Assembly (NCBI GenBank): GCA_032718475.1
Contig: JAUCBJ010008087.1
Coordinates: 1-64,000 of the forward strand
Length of the DNA stretch: 64,000 nucleotides
Direction of reading: 5' to 3'
DNA from: Nemertoderma westbladi
Taxonomy: Eukaryota; Animalia; Xenacoelomorpha
In this document: positions 36,046-49,177 of the stretch, one piece after another
Layout of the letters: each line of letters starts with the position of its first letter
How positions within the stretch are numbered: position 1 is the first letter of the stretch
Notes under the pieces: generated by a model
Told to the model about the DNA's origin: nothing
The model's database searches: none
Seen by the model: only the letters and a program-made list of their open reading frames with translations
Position numbers and translations under genes: made by a program

Positions 36046-38487
36046 ATGTCTAATATTCAATGCAAATATTGTTCTACTGGTCAAAGTTATAAATCTACGA
36101 ACTCACTTGGGTGTCATATTAGGCGATTCCATAAAAACTATATTCCTCGCAGTGATAACGGCAAAATAACTTTCTCATTATCATCAGAACAAGAATTTGA
36201 TTTATGGAAAGAAAATTTTGAAGATAAAACCATTTCAAAATTTATTAAGCGATCTGATGGCGCAACGATGAGGAAGGATGGTTCCAGTGTAACGCATTAC
36301 ATATGTAATAGAATTGGCAACTACAGTACCAAAGGGTGTGGGCAAAGAATCTTAAAATATAAGGGGTCATATAAAGCGGCTGTGAAATCATGCTCAGCAT
36401 TCATCAAAGCTGTAAAGTTGCCAAATGGGAATTTTGAAGTTGAGGCTGTAGGAACGCATGATTCACATGATGTTTCAGTTCACCAACTGCCATTATCGAA
36501 TAGAGATAAAGGTCAATGTGCGGAGTTACTTCAAATTGGAATACCAAAGGAACGTGTGTTGCATGATATTCGTAGAACCGCAAAACTTGACAGCAGAATA
36601 ATGTTTGTTAATCCACAGGATTTGAGAAATATATGCAAGAAAAACGGCATTAATTGTGATGAAAGGCGCCATGAAAACGATGCTATGTCGGTAGACATAC
36701 GTGTTGAGGAGCTGCAATCATTAGACGAAAATCCTATTTTACTATATAAACCACAAGGGTTAAACACTACTGTGAAACTTATGGATAGTCAATTATCTGA
36801 TGACGATTTCGCTTTAATTATACAGACAAAATATCAATCTGACTGCTTTAAATTGTTTTCCAAACATTTCGTATGTGTTGACTCCACTCATAAAACATCC
36901 GGCTATCAATTCCCACTAACAACCTTATTGGTATTGGTTGCGGACAGCTGGGGTGAAGGAATGCCTGTTGCGTGGTTGATCTCTAATAGAGAGGACTTCA
37001 CCATGATTCGGCTCTTCTTTAGATTGCTATATGAACAGAGTCCAGAGGTTACTACGGCGGCGCTAATGAGTGATGACGCAGAACAGTACTATAAGTCTTG
37101 GGTTGACGCATTTCCACAACTCGAACAACCACGTAAACTACTCTGTAAGTGGCATGTTAAGAGAGCATGGACTGAGAACATAGCTAAGCTACCGCTGGAA
37201 GATAGATCAGAAGTAATGAAGATATTACACATGCTATGTGATGAACTAGACGAAGCACTGTTCAATGAATCAATGAATAACTTCTTAGAATATCTTACTG
37301 CCAACGAACAGCGTCATGCATTTCGAGACTACTTTTGTAATTTCTATGCTAATCGAACCGAGACTTGGGCGAGTTGCCACCGTACCAATCTACAAATAAA
37401 TACGAATACGTATGTTGAATCATTTCACAAAGTAATTAAGTATAAATACCTCAAGGCGACTAATAACAAGCGCTTGGATATACTTATTGATAAGCTTTTG
37501 CTCTTTGTTCAAGATAAGAATGTAGAACATCAAATCAGAGATATTGAAGGGAAATATTCTAAAGCCCAGAAGGAAAACGTTGCGCGGCATCGCCGGGCCT
37601 TGGCTCAACTGGATATCTTCTCTATTGAAGCTGCAAATGAGTTTATATGGTCTGTGACAAGCGGAACAAATAAGTACACTGATACATGCAATGCAAAAGT
37701 GAACTGTTGCAAACAGATTTGTCCAATATGTAACATCTGTTGTCACCGTTACAAGTGTTCTTGTAAGGATGCTGTTTTCACGAAAAGGCGCATTTGTAAA
37801 CATATCCACGCAGTCTGCATTCAGTATCATGCTGGTAGAACAACATCTGTTTCGCAGGAAGATATTGGGGCTGTTTCGCAGGAAGATATCCCGTCTGTTT
37901 CGCAGGAAGATATTCCGTCCATTTCGCAGGAAGATATCCCGTCTGTTTCGCAGGGAGATATCCCGTCTGTCCATCATACTGTCCTTCCGTCAGTTCATGA
38001 TGCTGATATCGAACAACTATCCGAAACTGATTTATGCGAACCACAACTGGTTTCGGATTTTTGGGATTCTGGAATCCCTAAACAGTTCTGGGAGGCTACC
38101 TCCGCCATGTCTACGTCTAAGGAGGTAGGGTACCCCCTGCCTTGTCTGAACAAACTGAATTCTTTATTGCACAACCCGAAAATTACGCACAGCAATAAAT
38201 TAATGGCTCACAATGCCATTGACAACATTATAAAATCCTTAACACATCGATTACCACTACTCACAAAGTCGCCTAATAATAAACGAATTATCACCCAAAA
38301 CCGCCGAATTTCCTCAATCCGATGGCAATTGTACACAACGCGAAAAAAACAAATTAGAAAAAAGAAGAAATACCTAAGACCGACTAACATGGAACAAAAT
38401 AGTATGTCTGCATATCTCAATCGATTGCAGCCGGTTGTAATTGGACCGGGCCGCGATCATGATTACGCATTAACTAACTGTATCTGA
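36046..38487 (+). CDS. MULE transposase (813 aa) with C2H2 finger, WRKY/FAR1-like domain, DDE core and SWIM finger
   Basis: CKYC...HIRRFH, CVDSTH, MSDD, CKWH, ESFH, CSC...ICKH. Also 8-aa (24-bp) VSQEDIPS repeats at about 37845-37970. Confidence 0.95.
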   Translation: MSNIQCKYCSTGQSYKSTNSLGCHIRRFHKNYIPRSDNGKITFSLSSEQEFDLWKENFEDKTISKFIKRSDGATMRKDGSSVTHYICNRIGNYSTKGCGQRILKYKGSYKAAVKSCSAFIKAVKLPNGNFEVEAVGTHDSHDVSVHQLPLSNRDKGQCAELLQIGIPKERVLHDIRRTAKLDSRIMFVNPQDLRNICKKNGINCDERRHENDAMSVDIRVEELQSLDENPILLYKPQGLNTTVKLMDSQLSDDDFALIIQTKYQSDCFKLFSKHFVCVDSTHKTSGYQFPLTTLLVLVADSWGEGMPVAWLISNREDFTMIRLFFRLLYEQSPEVTTAALMSDDAEQYYKSWVDAFPQLEQPRKLLCKWHVKRAWTENIAKLPLEDRSEVMKILHMLCDELDEALFNESMNNFLEYLTANEQRHAFRDYFCNFYANRTETWASCHRTNLQINTNTYVESFHKVIKYKYLKATNNKRLDILIDKLLLFVQDKNVEHQIRDIEGKYSKAQKENVARHRRALAQLDIFSIEAANEFIWSVTSGTNKYTDTCNAKVNCCKQICPICNICCHRYKCSCKDAVFTKRRICKHIHAVCIQYHAGRTTSVSQEDIGAVSQEDIPSVSQEDIPSISQEDIPSVSQGDIPSVHHTVLPSVHDADIEQLSETDLCEPQLVSDFWDSGIPKQFWEATSAMSTSKEVGYPLPCLNKLNSLLHNPKITHSNKLMAHNAIDNIIKSLTHRLPLLTKSPNNKRIITQNRRISSIRWQLYTTRKKQIRKKKKYLRPTNMEQNSMSAYLNRLQPVVIGPGRDHDYALTNCI

Positions 38488-38829
38488 CTGTACATTTTAT
38501 ACTGTACGTATGATTAAATGTTCTGCGGCTTTCAGATAATGGTTTGCTTTCAGATAATGATTAACCTGTTAATTTACTATAAGCATAACATATGTATCTA
38601 TAATTATAATAATGTAGAACAAGTATGAGAGTGTCTAGCAAAGATTTTTCATATCCTTTCATATAGCCTATACGGTTGACTTGAACTTATAATTTAAATT
38701 ATAAGTAAAAAAATTGAAATGTATAGATTCTAACAGAACGTGGGTGGTCATTAAAGCCCATACAAATTAATCCACATTCGGTTGTAATAGGCCTACGTCA
38801 TCTCCTTTGTGATTGGCTGAAACCTGGAT

Positions 38830-41800
38830 GGTCTGGCTGCAACCGGAGAGCCCGAGGCTCGACAGAGAATTATGAGGTATAGATACTGCAGCCTATTTAA
38901 CGGAACATAGAACCCACCATCAACACCAACTTCAAACCTCATAATTTAACGGTCTAGTATCACTCCCTGAGAAGTAGGCATTTTGCTTTGATCTTTTTTA
39001 GGTGGATCTTTAAATGATTTTTCCAGGAGAACGGCGAAAGCTAGAACGATTCTGTTTGCGCGATCTGGTAGATGGCCCTAGCGCGCTAGCTAGGAGTTTT
39101 TGTGGAAAAAATCTGTTAATTAATTAATTAGTAATTAGCGATTAAAGATTTCTAATTGATTTTTCTCGAAAAGTATTTGATTTTTCCCCTAGCAACGGTG
39201 TTTCTTTTTGTTCATCTCGGTAAGATCTAAAAAAAGTTCAGTCATCGCTATGGCCCTCCTATTACTGTTAATTAGTACTAATTAGCCGAAAACTAATTAG
39301 CGTCGTAACTCGAAAACACTAAGAGCTATGAAAAAACGTAACATCACAAAGTTGTTCGGAATTTTATTCTACACAAAAAAGTCTCTAGCGCCGATGCCGT
39401 ATCTCCTACCGTTAATTAGTAATTAACTAATTACTTAATTACCTAATTGGCGGGGGGGCTTTGTCCCCCCCGCCCCCAAATCCTTATTCACAAGGTGTAT
39501 CAAAGCGGTTTACTATTTTACAAATGATAATTATTCTAAAATCTTTTGAATCGAACTAATTAACGATTTTACTAATTAGTAAAGTTTCCCAAATTAATTA
39601 ATAATTTATCCAATCCGGCTGCAATTAATTAAACAGCTGAGTCGTCAGCCTGGTTTGATGAACTTGATGAAATCATAAAGTCAGTAGTTGCTGTATGCCA
39701 TTACTGACTAAAACTATATCTGTATATACCAAGCACCTCTTGCCGGTAGCTATCTCCACAGTCTGTAGTGAGCACCGGTGCAGGTATGGTAGGCCTACAT
39801 GTATGGCATATTTAGTGGAGGTTCTTTTGGCAGATAGGCCTAGTCAAAACGTTACATCAGATGCCGTATTTTAGTCAAAACGTACCCTATCTTCATATAG
39901 TTGAGTATTGTCAATACAGGAATATCCAAGTACTGGGTACTCCTGTACTTAGTATACCCATCTGCCCATGTACAGTAACTGGCTGATAGTTACCCTTAGT
40001 TTGTAGGCTATAGATGATTGACGTTTCTAGCAATGTTCTTAACGTTGGGATTTTACTGGAAGTTATTAATACCATAGTTTACCCCAAAAAAACTAAAATT
40101 ACCCAAATCGCACCAAATCAAAATAAATCTTATAACAGCAACACGGGCTATCTGACGATATGGATTAGATCAATGTAGCGGATTGTGACCATTGAAGGGC
40201 TTCTTATGCATGCAAAGGAAAATATGATCAGACCCAAATCACACAGTCAGACCTGATCTTTTGCTGATCAAATACCGGTAGGTGACTTTGCTGATATGCA
40301 GTAACATTTTACGGTACAATTTGATGCGAAAATGTTTTGGCCAGTACTCTGAACCTTCCATTGGGGTCTCAGGTCATGCGCGTACCATGGTCACTGTATC
40401 TGGCACCTGATTGGCTCAAATATTCAAACGCTGAAAACTTACCTAGGCCTTGACAATTAGTGATAAGATTTTATGCGAATATGTTTTGGATGGTGTTCTG
40501 AATCTCGCGTTGAGGTCCCAAGTCACCCCCATACCGTGGTCATCAGATACGGCGCCTGATTGGCTAATGCTTTGAACGACGATAACTCGAGTTTGCTTCA
40601 CTTTGGGATGAAGTTTGAAAGCTAAGAATATTCTCTGGAGTATGCCCTGGCTGCAACCGGAGAGCCCGAGGCTCGACAGAGAATTATGAGGTATAGATAC
40701 TGCAGCCTATTTAACGGAACATAGAACCCACCATCAACACCAACTTCAAACCTCATAATTTAACGGTCTAGTATCACTCCCTGAGAAGTAGGCATTTTGC
40801 TTTGATCTTTTTTAGGTGGATCTTTAAATGATTTTTCCAGGAGAACGGCGAAAGCTAGAACGATTCTGTTTGCGCGATCTGGTAGATGGCCCTAGCGCGC
40901 TAGCTAGGAGTTTTTGTGGAAAAAATCTGTTAATTAATTAATTAGTAATTAGCGATTAAAGATTTCTAATTGATTTTTCTCGAAAAGTATTTGATTTTTC
41001 CCCTAGCAACGGTGTTTCTTTTTGTTCATCTCGGTAAGATCTAAAAAAAGTTCAGTCATCGCTATGGCCCTCCTATTACTGTTAATTAGTACTAATTAGC
41101 CGAAAACTAATTAGCGTCGTAACTCGAAAACACTAAGAGCTATGAAAAAACGTAACATCACAAAGTTGTTCGGAATTTTATTCTACACAAAAAAGTCTCT
41201 AGCGCCGATGCCGTATCTCCTACCGTTAATTAGTAATTAACTAATTACTTAATTACCTAATTGGCGGGGGGGCTTTGTCCCCCCCGCCCCCAAATCCTTA
41301 TTCACAAGGTGTATCAAAGCGGTTTACTATTTTACAAATGATAATTATTCTAAAATCTTTTGAATCGAACTAATTAACGATTTTACTAATTAGTAAAGTT
41401 TCCCAAATTAATTAATAATTTATCCAATCCGGCTGCAATTAATTAAACAGCTGAGTCGTCAGCCTGGTTTGATGAACTTGATGAAATCATAAAGTCAGTA
41501 GTTGCTGTATGCCATTACTGACTAAAACTATATCTGTATATACCAAGCACCTCTTGCCGGTAGCTATCTCCACAGTCTGTAGTGAGCACCGGTGCAGGTA
41601 TGGTAGGCCTACATGTATGGCATATTTAGTGGAGGTTCTTTTGGCAGATAGGCCTAGTCAAAACGTTACATCAGATGCCGTATTTTAGTCAAAACGTACC
41701 CTATCTTCATATAGTTGAGTATTGTCAATACAGGAATATCCAAGTACTGGGTACTCCTGTACTTAGTATACCCATCTGCCCATGTACAGTAACTGGCTGA

Positions 41801-43719
41801 TAGTTACCCTTAGTTTGTAGGCTATAGATGATTGACGTTTCTAGCAATGTTCTTAACGTTGGGATTTTACTGGAAGTTATTAATACCATAGTTTACCCCA
41901 AAAAAACTAAAATTACCCAAATCGCACCAAATCAAAATAAATCTTATAACAGCAACACGGGCTATCTGACGATATGGATTAGATCAATGTAGCGGATTGT
42001 GACCATTGAAGGGCTTCTTATGCATGCAAAGGAAAATATGATCAGACCCAAATCACACAGTCAGACCTGATCTTTTGCTGATCAAATACCGGTAGGTGAC
42101 TTTGCTGATATGCAGTAACATTTTACGGTACAATTTGATGCGAAAATGTTTTGGCCAGTACTCTGAACCTTCCATTGGGGTCTCAGGTCATGCGCGTACC
42201 ATGGTCACTGTATCTGGCACCTGATTGGCTCAAATATTCAAACGCTGAAAACTTACCTAGGCCTTGACAATTAGTGATAAGATTTTATGCGAATATGTTT
42301 TGGATGGTGTTCTGAATCTCGCGTTGAGGTCCCAAGTCACCCCCATACCGTGGTCATCAGATACGGCGCCTGATTGGCTAATGCTTTGAACGACGATAAC
42401 TCGAGTTTGCTTCACTTTGGGATGAAGTTTGAAAGCTAAGAATATTCTCTGGAGTATGCCCTAACTCACTGACGATGTTTTATAGCTGTTGGATTGTCGG
42501 GTTTTGCTACGTGGTCTATGATTGGTTAATTTTTTGAAAGGCTATATCTCAAGAAGTATTCACTTTGGAATGATGAAGTTTATTTTAAATGTTCTCTAGA
42601 GTGTTTCCGATCCTACTAAAGACATCCAATTGCTGTATGACTACCGGTTTTACGCTTTTGATTGTTTGAATATGCATGAAAATTTTGCATATAATATATC
42701 AAGAAGAATTAATTTTTGCACAAAGGAAATAATACTTACAATGCTCTCTGACATGTCTGGTGTATTTTAAAATCACTGGGGTTGAACAATTGTAATTGGA
42801 ATACACCTTTATGGGTTTTCTTTATGATTTTAGAGCTTTAAAAGTTCAATATTAAATTTTTTATTAAATAATTATTTTTGTGTTATTTGTTAATATGAGT
42901 ATATTTCTGTATTTGCTGGTATTATATTTTGGGTGTTTTTTTTGTTATTAGTTTTGGTATTAATTATTTTTTATCAATCCAGGGAATATCCTTATTAACT
43001 CTGGGTCCTCACTCGTTAATTCAGGGACCACCCTCGATAGCTCTGGGTCCACCCTCATCTCGTTAATTCAGAACCACCTTTGTCAATTCAACAAATTTGA
43101 ATAATTTTTTTTATTAGGTTTTCCAAGGTGCTGAATTAATTGATTGAAGATGGTTTTAAATGGCCTGCTTTTATTGTAATTCCATTTCGTGTGATGTGTT
43201 TCGTGCCACAAATTTTTGAAGTATAAATAATAATTTAATAATATGGTAGGCCTACATGTAGGGCAGATATAGTGGAGGTTCTTTTGGCAGATAGGCCTAG
43301 TCAAAACGTTACATCAGATGCAGAATTTTAGTCAAAACGTACCCTATCTTCATATATGGTAGTTGAATATTGTGAATACAGGAATACCCAAGTACTTCTG
43401 TAGGCCTACTAATGTACATGCGCAAGTAATATAAATTGGGGGGGTCTATGCGCCTGTCGATTCATACGAATCGACAGGCGCAACAAAAGTATTTGGAATA
43501 TTATGCCCATGTATACTTATATATGTAAGCCTTCAAGTAGAAACAAAACTGACCTTAACAAAATCAAGGTAGGCATTTGTTATTTTCCATCAGCAATATG
43601 GGCTTTAACTTTTAACTTTACATGGGATTAATAATACTGTAATATTCTAGAACAATACCACATGGCCAACGCCGTCGGCCATGCGCTCGCACGGCGCAAA
43701 TGCTCCATTTGCGCTCTCC
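38830..43719. mobile_element. Non-coding insertion in the MULE right TIR, with TSD ACCTGGAT (6-8 bp depending on boundary) and Helentron-like hairpins near one end
   Basis: ACCTGGAT at 38822-38829 and 43720-43727. Perfect 15-bp stem hairpin at about 43449-43482. Further hairpins at 43661-43714. Confidence 0.75.
38833..42462. repeat. Tandem duplication, period 1814 bp
   Basis: ctggctgcaaccggagag at 38833 and 40647. The copies look identical by eye, with CT microhomology at the junction. Confidence 0.95.
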
Positions 43720-44217
43720 ACCTGGATTGATTTGTATAGACTTTAACGCCTCGTCAGCAAGGACCAAATTGTGTAAATAAACTATTAAGCTTTAAAAAGA
43801 ATAAAACTGTACCTATACGTCCCAGTGATCGGTAGGTTTCGGCCCGCAGCTGAAGGCGTTCTCAAGAGGCCAAGCCAGCAAATGTGTTGCGTACTGTAAA
43901 TACTTCACTGACTCCTGCTACTACAAAGAAACTCTGTTCCCACAAAAATCTGTTCTTCCAGCCAATTAAAAATTGTATAAACTTACGATTCAATATGAAT
44001 GTATTTCTCTCTTCATAATTCTATATCGATTAAGTTCAAATATTCATACGGATACTGCGAAAAGTTATAGTACCCTACTCACAAGGACTGGACTACTACA
44101 TACAGTAAATAAAATACAGTAATGATAATAACCTTGTTTTACAGCCTACATCAATAACAGTACAGTTGTAGTTTCGGTGGTAAATCAATACAAGGTTGTG
44201 TGTTTTAAGTTTTGAGA

Positions 44218-45024
44218 ATGGGTAACACGGCTAGTATAGAAGAATACAAGTGGCAAATAGCCGGTTATTGCGTCGGCGCCGACTTCGCGATTCAATGGAT
44301 CGGTTGGTTGATCGCCAGCGCCTTAGGAACCGAACGATTCTACGACATTACCGGGTCTATTACCTTCGTAACTCTAGCCTGGGCGAGTATAATCCATGAT
44401 CTATCGCCCTCTAAGGTGGTCCAGGCCAGTCTCATAACAGCCTGGGCTTCCCGCCTAGGATTGCATCTGATCACCCGCATCATAAAGGACAAGAAAGACA
44501 GACGATTCGACGGCGTTCGCGACAACCCACGCAAATTCTTCATCTACTGGACTATCCAAGGCGTCTGGATTGCCATTACTTTAGCTCCCACCTTGATTAT
44601 GAACGTGAAGTCGAGTCACACTGATTGGATGAGTGCTCCCGCAGTGTGTGTGCGCGGAGTGGGCTGGTTGGTGTGGCTCGTTGGTTTCTCTCTCGAGGCC
44701 GTCGCCGACGCCCAGAAGAGATCGTTTCGCTCGGACCCCGCCAACGCGGGTGCCTTTATCTCCACCGGTCTCTGGTCCATCTCCCAGCATCCCAACTACC
44801 TCGGTGAGATCGTTCTCTGGTTCGGTCTCTACATCTCGTCTGCGGCACACTTCCGTACCTGGGAGTTCCTTTCGGTTTTATCTCCGATATTCGTCGCCTA
44901 CCTTCTCATTAACGTCTCCGGGATTCCCCTATTAGATAAAGCCGCTAAGGCCCATTGGGGTGACAACCCAGCGTATAAACGCTATTGCAAGGGAACTAAA
45001 AAGTTGGTCCCATTTATATGGTAG
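44218..45024 (+). CDS. DUF1295 / steroid 5-alpha-reductase-like membrane protein (268 aa), single coding exon
   Basis: ERFYDITGS, RLGLHL..RI...KDRRFD, EAVADAQK, TGLWSISQHPNYLGEI, SGIPLL and LVPFIW, with multiple TM segments. ATG at 44218. Confidence 0.93.
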   Translation: MGNTASIEEYKWQIAGYCVGADFAIQWIGWLIASALGTERFYDITGSITFVTLAWASIIHDLSPSKVVQASLITAWASRLGLHLITRIIKDKKDRRFDGVRDNPRKFFIYWTIQGVWIAITLAPTLIMNVKSSHTDWMSAPAVCVRGVGWLVWLVGFSLEAVADAQKRSFRSDPANAGAFISTGLWSISQHPNYLGEIVLWFGLYISSAAHFRTWEFLSVLSPIFVAYLLINVSGIPLLDKAAKAHWGDNPAYKRYCKGTKKLVPFIW

Positions 45025-46016
45025 AAAGTTGCATTCGTTTTTAGTCTTTTTAAATTTAAATTATTATAATAACTTATCAGACTCAGGAAACGTCAGTGTA
45101 ATTTGATCGATCAGTTCAGTTGATCAGGTTTATTTAATTTTTATAGATAATTCATTTATAACTATTATTATATATAATTATTGCTGATAATTATAACTAA
45201 TTATAAAATTAGTTATAGATAATTATAACTAATTATTAATGATAAATATATATAGTTATTCTGTAACTAATATGATACCGGTAGTTATAATTAAAAAAGG
45301 TAATAAATTTCAATAATAAAGAAAACTGGGAGGTCTGTTTGGAAAATAATGAAATTCTAAGTGTCGAATGGAATTTGTTTTTTCAATAAAGTTGGCAGCC
45401 TTTTTTCTAATAATTATGAATGATATTTGTCTTTGTTTGTTTGTTACATTAAAATATTAACTTAACCCCGTTCTGGTGGTACCCCCGCATCCGTGCGTTG
45501 TGGCCTATTACGATGGAACGCGCAAAGCATTCGTAATTTACATCATAACTTACATAATAATTTATAAAGTCGAGTGCAATTACTAACGTTTAATGTACAG
45601 GAGGCCTATATTATGAGGAAAAATACAATTTATTGAATTGAGAAAAAAATATGGAATTGAGTAAACTTCTAGAACACGTCGTGAGTATTCTCCATTGATG
45701 AAACCAATGTAGGCTAAGTGTAAGTTCCTCTAAATAATGAAGGTTGAACAACTTTTCGTGTAAAGATACCCTACCGAGGTTTGTAGTGCCCAAAAGTTAA
45801 AAATTTGAGTTACGGTAACAATTTGAGTTAGGGTAACAATTTGAGTTAAGGTAACAATTTGAATACTTGTTCATGAATCTGCACATATGGCGGGAAAACT
45901 TCCGTGTTCGTTCCAAACAATGTTTGAATCTCGTTGAGAAACAACTGCGCGAAATACGGTAGGCGTTCAATGATTGCAACTGTTATCGTTGGCTGGAGGC
46001 GATTTACAGTATAAAT

Positions 46017-47745
46017 GGGTGATTCTCACCGAAAGTGGCCAAATAGAACTGAAATATTCCTGAAATTTGAACTCCATTGAAACCATACAAAACTATATAT
46101 ATTCTGAAAGCATTTTTTAAGGAGAATTCAATGGTGACAATCTCCGAGATGTTAGATAAAATCTTAAAGAAATAATCAAGGTAAAGTATGTGTCCCGCCT
46201 GTAATGGTTTGTCCCTCCATGTAATACGAATTTTTAGGCTGTAAATTGCCCCTGTAATGCGATGTCCCAGCCCTGTAACAATATATTCATCTATTGGTAG
46301 GCCTACCGTGTAATGCGATGTCCCCACGTTGTAACAATATAATAGTCATGTACGTATGTATTTAGTAAATTTTCCATACATAACTTTTTAGTAAGTTTTC
46401 CGAGAAAGATAAGTTTTGTCAAAATTGTGTATTATTTTTAAAAATTAATATAATCGACCACAGAAAAGAAACCAAAATCAGACAATTCCAAACTATTCGT
46501 AAGTTGCTACAATAGCCTAGAAACAAAATTAGTTCGGACAGAGTGAATTCGAAATTCAATAAACTTCGAAATTATATAAAGTTTTCATTCAGACAAAAAT
46601 TGGAGAGAATCAATAATTGAGGGGTAAAGTTCAGCATCCGACATATCAAACCCTGTAAAATCCAAAATAGCGAAGTCTTTCACTGCACTTGAATGCTTCG
46701 TACATAATAGTTCGCATGGTGGAAGGCATGGTTTCGTGTTTCCATTTTGTAAATTTAACGGACCATACATAATTAATCTATGTTAGTAGAATGGTACGGT
46801 GTAAGTTAATTAAAACAGAAAAGTTAAGTCCTGAAATTAAATGACCAAATACAGATGCTTTTCAAATTTCCCACCAATTAGTGTGCCATAGAATCAATAC
46901 TAAATTTCCCATTACAGAGAAGGGACAGTCCCTCACTGTAATGGCATCTCGCACACGTAATTTGTGGGACAATTACAGGGCCATTACATGGAGGGACAAA
47001 TTGATCTTGATATTGAATGTGTAGGGAGCACACTTTAATATTGAAGTTGGAAGTAACAATGGCTGTATTGCCCATGTTTTAATCTGCTATAATAACTTTA
47101 TTTTGTTAATTCAAAATGTTACATGCAAATTTATATGCAGAATTAGTAATGGAAAACATGGGACAAAACATCTTGAACATACCGGGTTTGTCACATATAG
47201 ATGTTAAAATCTCGGCAACTACTGGATCGTTTTCAATAAGGTTTTTTTTATTGTGTTCTGTAATAATTGAGGCTGGATTTGCGCATCATCATACCGACTG
47301 ATAACTTCTTATAGCTTCTTTCGAACCTCTATTTAACATTTGGGACATTACAGGGGTCATATTGAAATTTAATAATATTTTATGCTGTTACTGGAACGGA
47401 AGTATTTGTATCCTCCAAAAACTAATCTGAGAATGTAGGAAAATTTTCAAGCTTCCGAATGATATATAGTTTGTACACCAAGGACCATAATGGGGTCATT
47501 CTACTGCTCTCTAAATGTTATGCAAATTCTTTAAACAAGTGTTAAAAATGCTATTTTTTAGCGTTTGACAGAGAAATATGGTAATATGCAGGGATTTTTC
47601 AACCCTGAAAACATGATGAGCAGAATTTTCAGGCCAAGTTTCATATATAAAACATTTTACCGTTTAAAAATTCACCAATCTAAACAGAAATTACGTTCCG
47701 GACAATTTCTAAGTCGGTTTTGGCCACTTTTGTTGAGAATGACCC
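46017..47745. mobile_element. Non-autonomous TIR element (GGGTGATTCTCA...TGAGAATGACCC), apparent 3-bp TSD AAT
   Basis: Imperfect TIR of about 27 bp. It interrupts a copy of the local MITE family. Confidence 0.7.
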
Positions 47746-47900
47746 AATATTTAAAAAACACAGCGTTCTGGTATATATGAAATCTTCTGTGGAGCTACAA
47801 TATCATGTCCTGGAATACTGTAGTGTTATTATTCTGACTGTACTGTACATGCGGGGGGGGGGGGGGGGGGATGTACTGTACAAGAATAAAATTTAGGGGG

Positions 47901-48323
47901 AGATAGATAGATAGATTTATTTATACATTATGTAAAAACAATAACAAATACACCAAACAATGTACCGGTATAAAGGTATTGTCCAACATAACATATAGGA
48001 TTACCCCTAAAGCTTTGCAGCTTATTTCCAAGGGGGTCCTTTATGTTACTTGGTTACAAATACAATATTACACTACGCTAACCTAAAACCAATATAAAAC
48101 GTAATTACACTATGTACATGTACAACTTTACCGAGAGCGTGACAATGCCCGACTCAACGATAAAGATGTAATGTACAGAACAATTTATTATAAAACGTAA
48201 TTACAGTATAAATAGTAAATAATTAATAAACTAATAACTTACTGTAGGACTATTGTACCTATTTTTACATTGCACACGGAGGTGAGATTTAACTGCAGAT
48301 TTAAAAGGAGGGAGTTTGTCTAC
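47901..48323 (-). mobile_element. 5'-truncated L2/Crack-like LINE 3' end
   Basis: Minus strand encodes FKSAVKSHL (ORF2 C-terminus-like), followed by a 3' stem-loop GGACCCCCTTGGAAATAAGC...GGGGTAATCC and a (TCTA)n tail. Confidence 0.7.
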
Positions 48324-49177
48324 AAATCTTATGAGGTTGCATGAAATAGAAAATAGATATGCACCATGAACCGTAATATAGTGTCATTTTCTGATGACAT
48401 GGACCTCCCCCAGATTTTTCTACAAATCTTAAAATTTGAAACACAACTACTGTAATTCCACTCACCTGTTATCCCATGAAGACGGAATTTTCGATTTTGC
48501 CTTTTATTTTTTTTAATTAGTTGAGAAACAGCTGAGATATAGGCGTTCAAAGATTGCAAGAAGTATCGTTCGCTGGAGGCCATTTATTCTATTTAATAAA
48601 TACACAATGTTCTGGAACATTTTGTTTAAGTATGAATAGCTACGCAATAGATATATACCATGTTCTGGAATATAGTGTCGTTATTCAGGTACCTGCCCCC
48701 CCCCAAAAAAATTTTTTTTTCTACAAATCGTAATGAGATTGCATGACATTTGAAACAGAGTCAGTTTCACCTCCCTCCTCGTTGCTGGGTGAGCCAGAAT
48801 TTTTATTTTCGCTTTCATTCTTTAGCTACTGTACAAGCGTTTGAAAAAGTTGGAAAAGGTGTTTCCGGCGATATTTCACAGGCCACAGTGCAATCATTCT
48901 TCAACCTTGCGAAGATGCAAACCATGCGACTTTCTAACACTCCTACTAGTCGAGTCAATCTAGCAAAAAAACCATAAGTATTTCGCAATCAATCCGAACC
49001 ACACATTTTGGATTCTATATTACCTTATTAATGACCAAAAAAAGTCTACAAAATTTTATTTTGCGGATCATATGTTTATTCATGGAAATTCTGCGTAAAT
49101 TTGCATAAAATAAGCCAAACAAAAGGAATAGTAGGGAACAGTAAGTAGCAAATTGGTGATGTTCCAGAATAATTTAA

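Larger units (their letters stand above)
35558..43754 (+). mobile_element. Mutator-like DNA transposon (MULE) with TIRs of about 160 bp and a 10-bp TSD
   Basis: Termini ACGAGGCGTTAAAG and CTTTAACGCCTCGT. TSD CAGCAAGGAC at 35548-35557 and 43755-43764. The right TIR is split between about 38690-38829 and 43720-43754. Confidence 0.95.

Noticed and set aside
45462-45520. piggyBac-like end TTAACCCC
   Set aside because: No matching inverted end was found in the window.
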